From Felis catus (lineage: Eukaryota): 64,000 nt of DNA. Position numbers and translations under genes: made by a program. The notes under the pieces were generated by a model. The model did no database searches and had not been told where the DNA came from. It was given only the letters and a program-made list of their open reading frames with translations. The DNA is taken from contig NC_058368.1 of NCBI RefSeq assembly GCF_018350175.1, positions 227,976,001-228,040,000 on the forward strand. Reading direction: 5' to 3'. This document shows, piece after piece, positions 63,793-64,000 of the stretch (position 1 is its first letter; each line of letters opens with the position of its first letter).

Positions 63793-64000
63793 GGGGCTCC
63801 TGGGTGGCTCAGTCGGTTAAGCATCTGACTCTTGATTTCGGTTCAGGTCATGATCTCGCGGTTCATGAGTTCGAGTCCTATGTTGGGCTCTACACGGGCA
63901 TGGAGCCTGCTTGGGGTTCTCTCTGTCCCTCTCTATCAGCCCTTACCCAGCTCGCATGCACACACTTTCTCTCAAAATAAATAAATAAACATTTAAAAAG
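63793..64000 (+). mobile_element. CAN-SINE
   Basis: ggggctcctgggtggctcagtcggttaagc head and aaaataaataaa tail. Confidence 0.9.

Noticed and set aside
4566..64000. tRNA genes or CRISPR-like array suggested by the recurrent ~200-nt repeats
   Set aside because: They are tRNA-derived CAN-SINEs with CT tracts, A tails and TSDs; there is no regular repeat-spacer structure. The recurring MAQSVKRPTSAQV-type ORFs are SINE translations.

Overview
Mammalian genomic DNA from a felid, judged by the many young cat-type CAN-SINEs and carnivore L1 3' ends. The only protein-coding gene I can support is the 5' end of the axonemal dynein heavy chain gene DNAH5 on the + strand: coding exon 1 at 48836-48892 (MFRIGRRQLWKQSVTRILT; 19 codons, too short for the ORF track) and exon 2 at 61038-61172, separated by a 12,145-nt phase-0 GT-AG intron. 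Intron 1 holds a full-length, sense-oriented, frameshifted RPL35A processed pseudogene with a perfect 15-nt target-site duplication (TSD). The rest is repeat-rich: about 34 CAN-SINEs, a ~5-kb antisense L1 remnant, truncated L1 3' ends, L2/MIR, MaLR/ERVL LTRs, hAT elements and a Tc2/Kanga-like transposase fossil. Most notable: an apparent L1 3' transduction (33881-34628), target sites hit repeatedly by retroelements, RFX X-box plus forkhead motif pairs at the DNAH5 promoter and in intron 1, and an antisense retroelement bias upstream of exon 1 that hints at a longer transcript from a distal promoter. I found no convincing evidence of a wholly new biological system. Repeat family names come from recognition by eye and most repeat boundaries are approximate.
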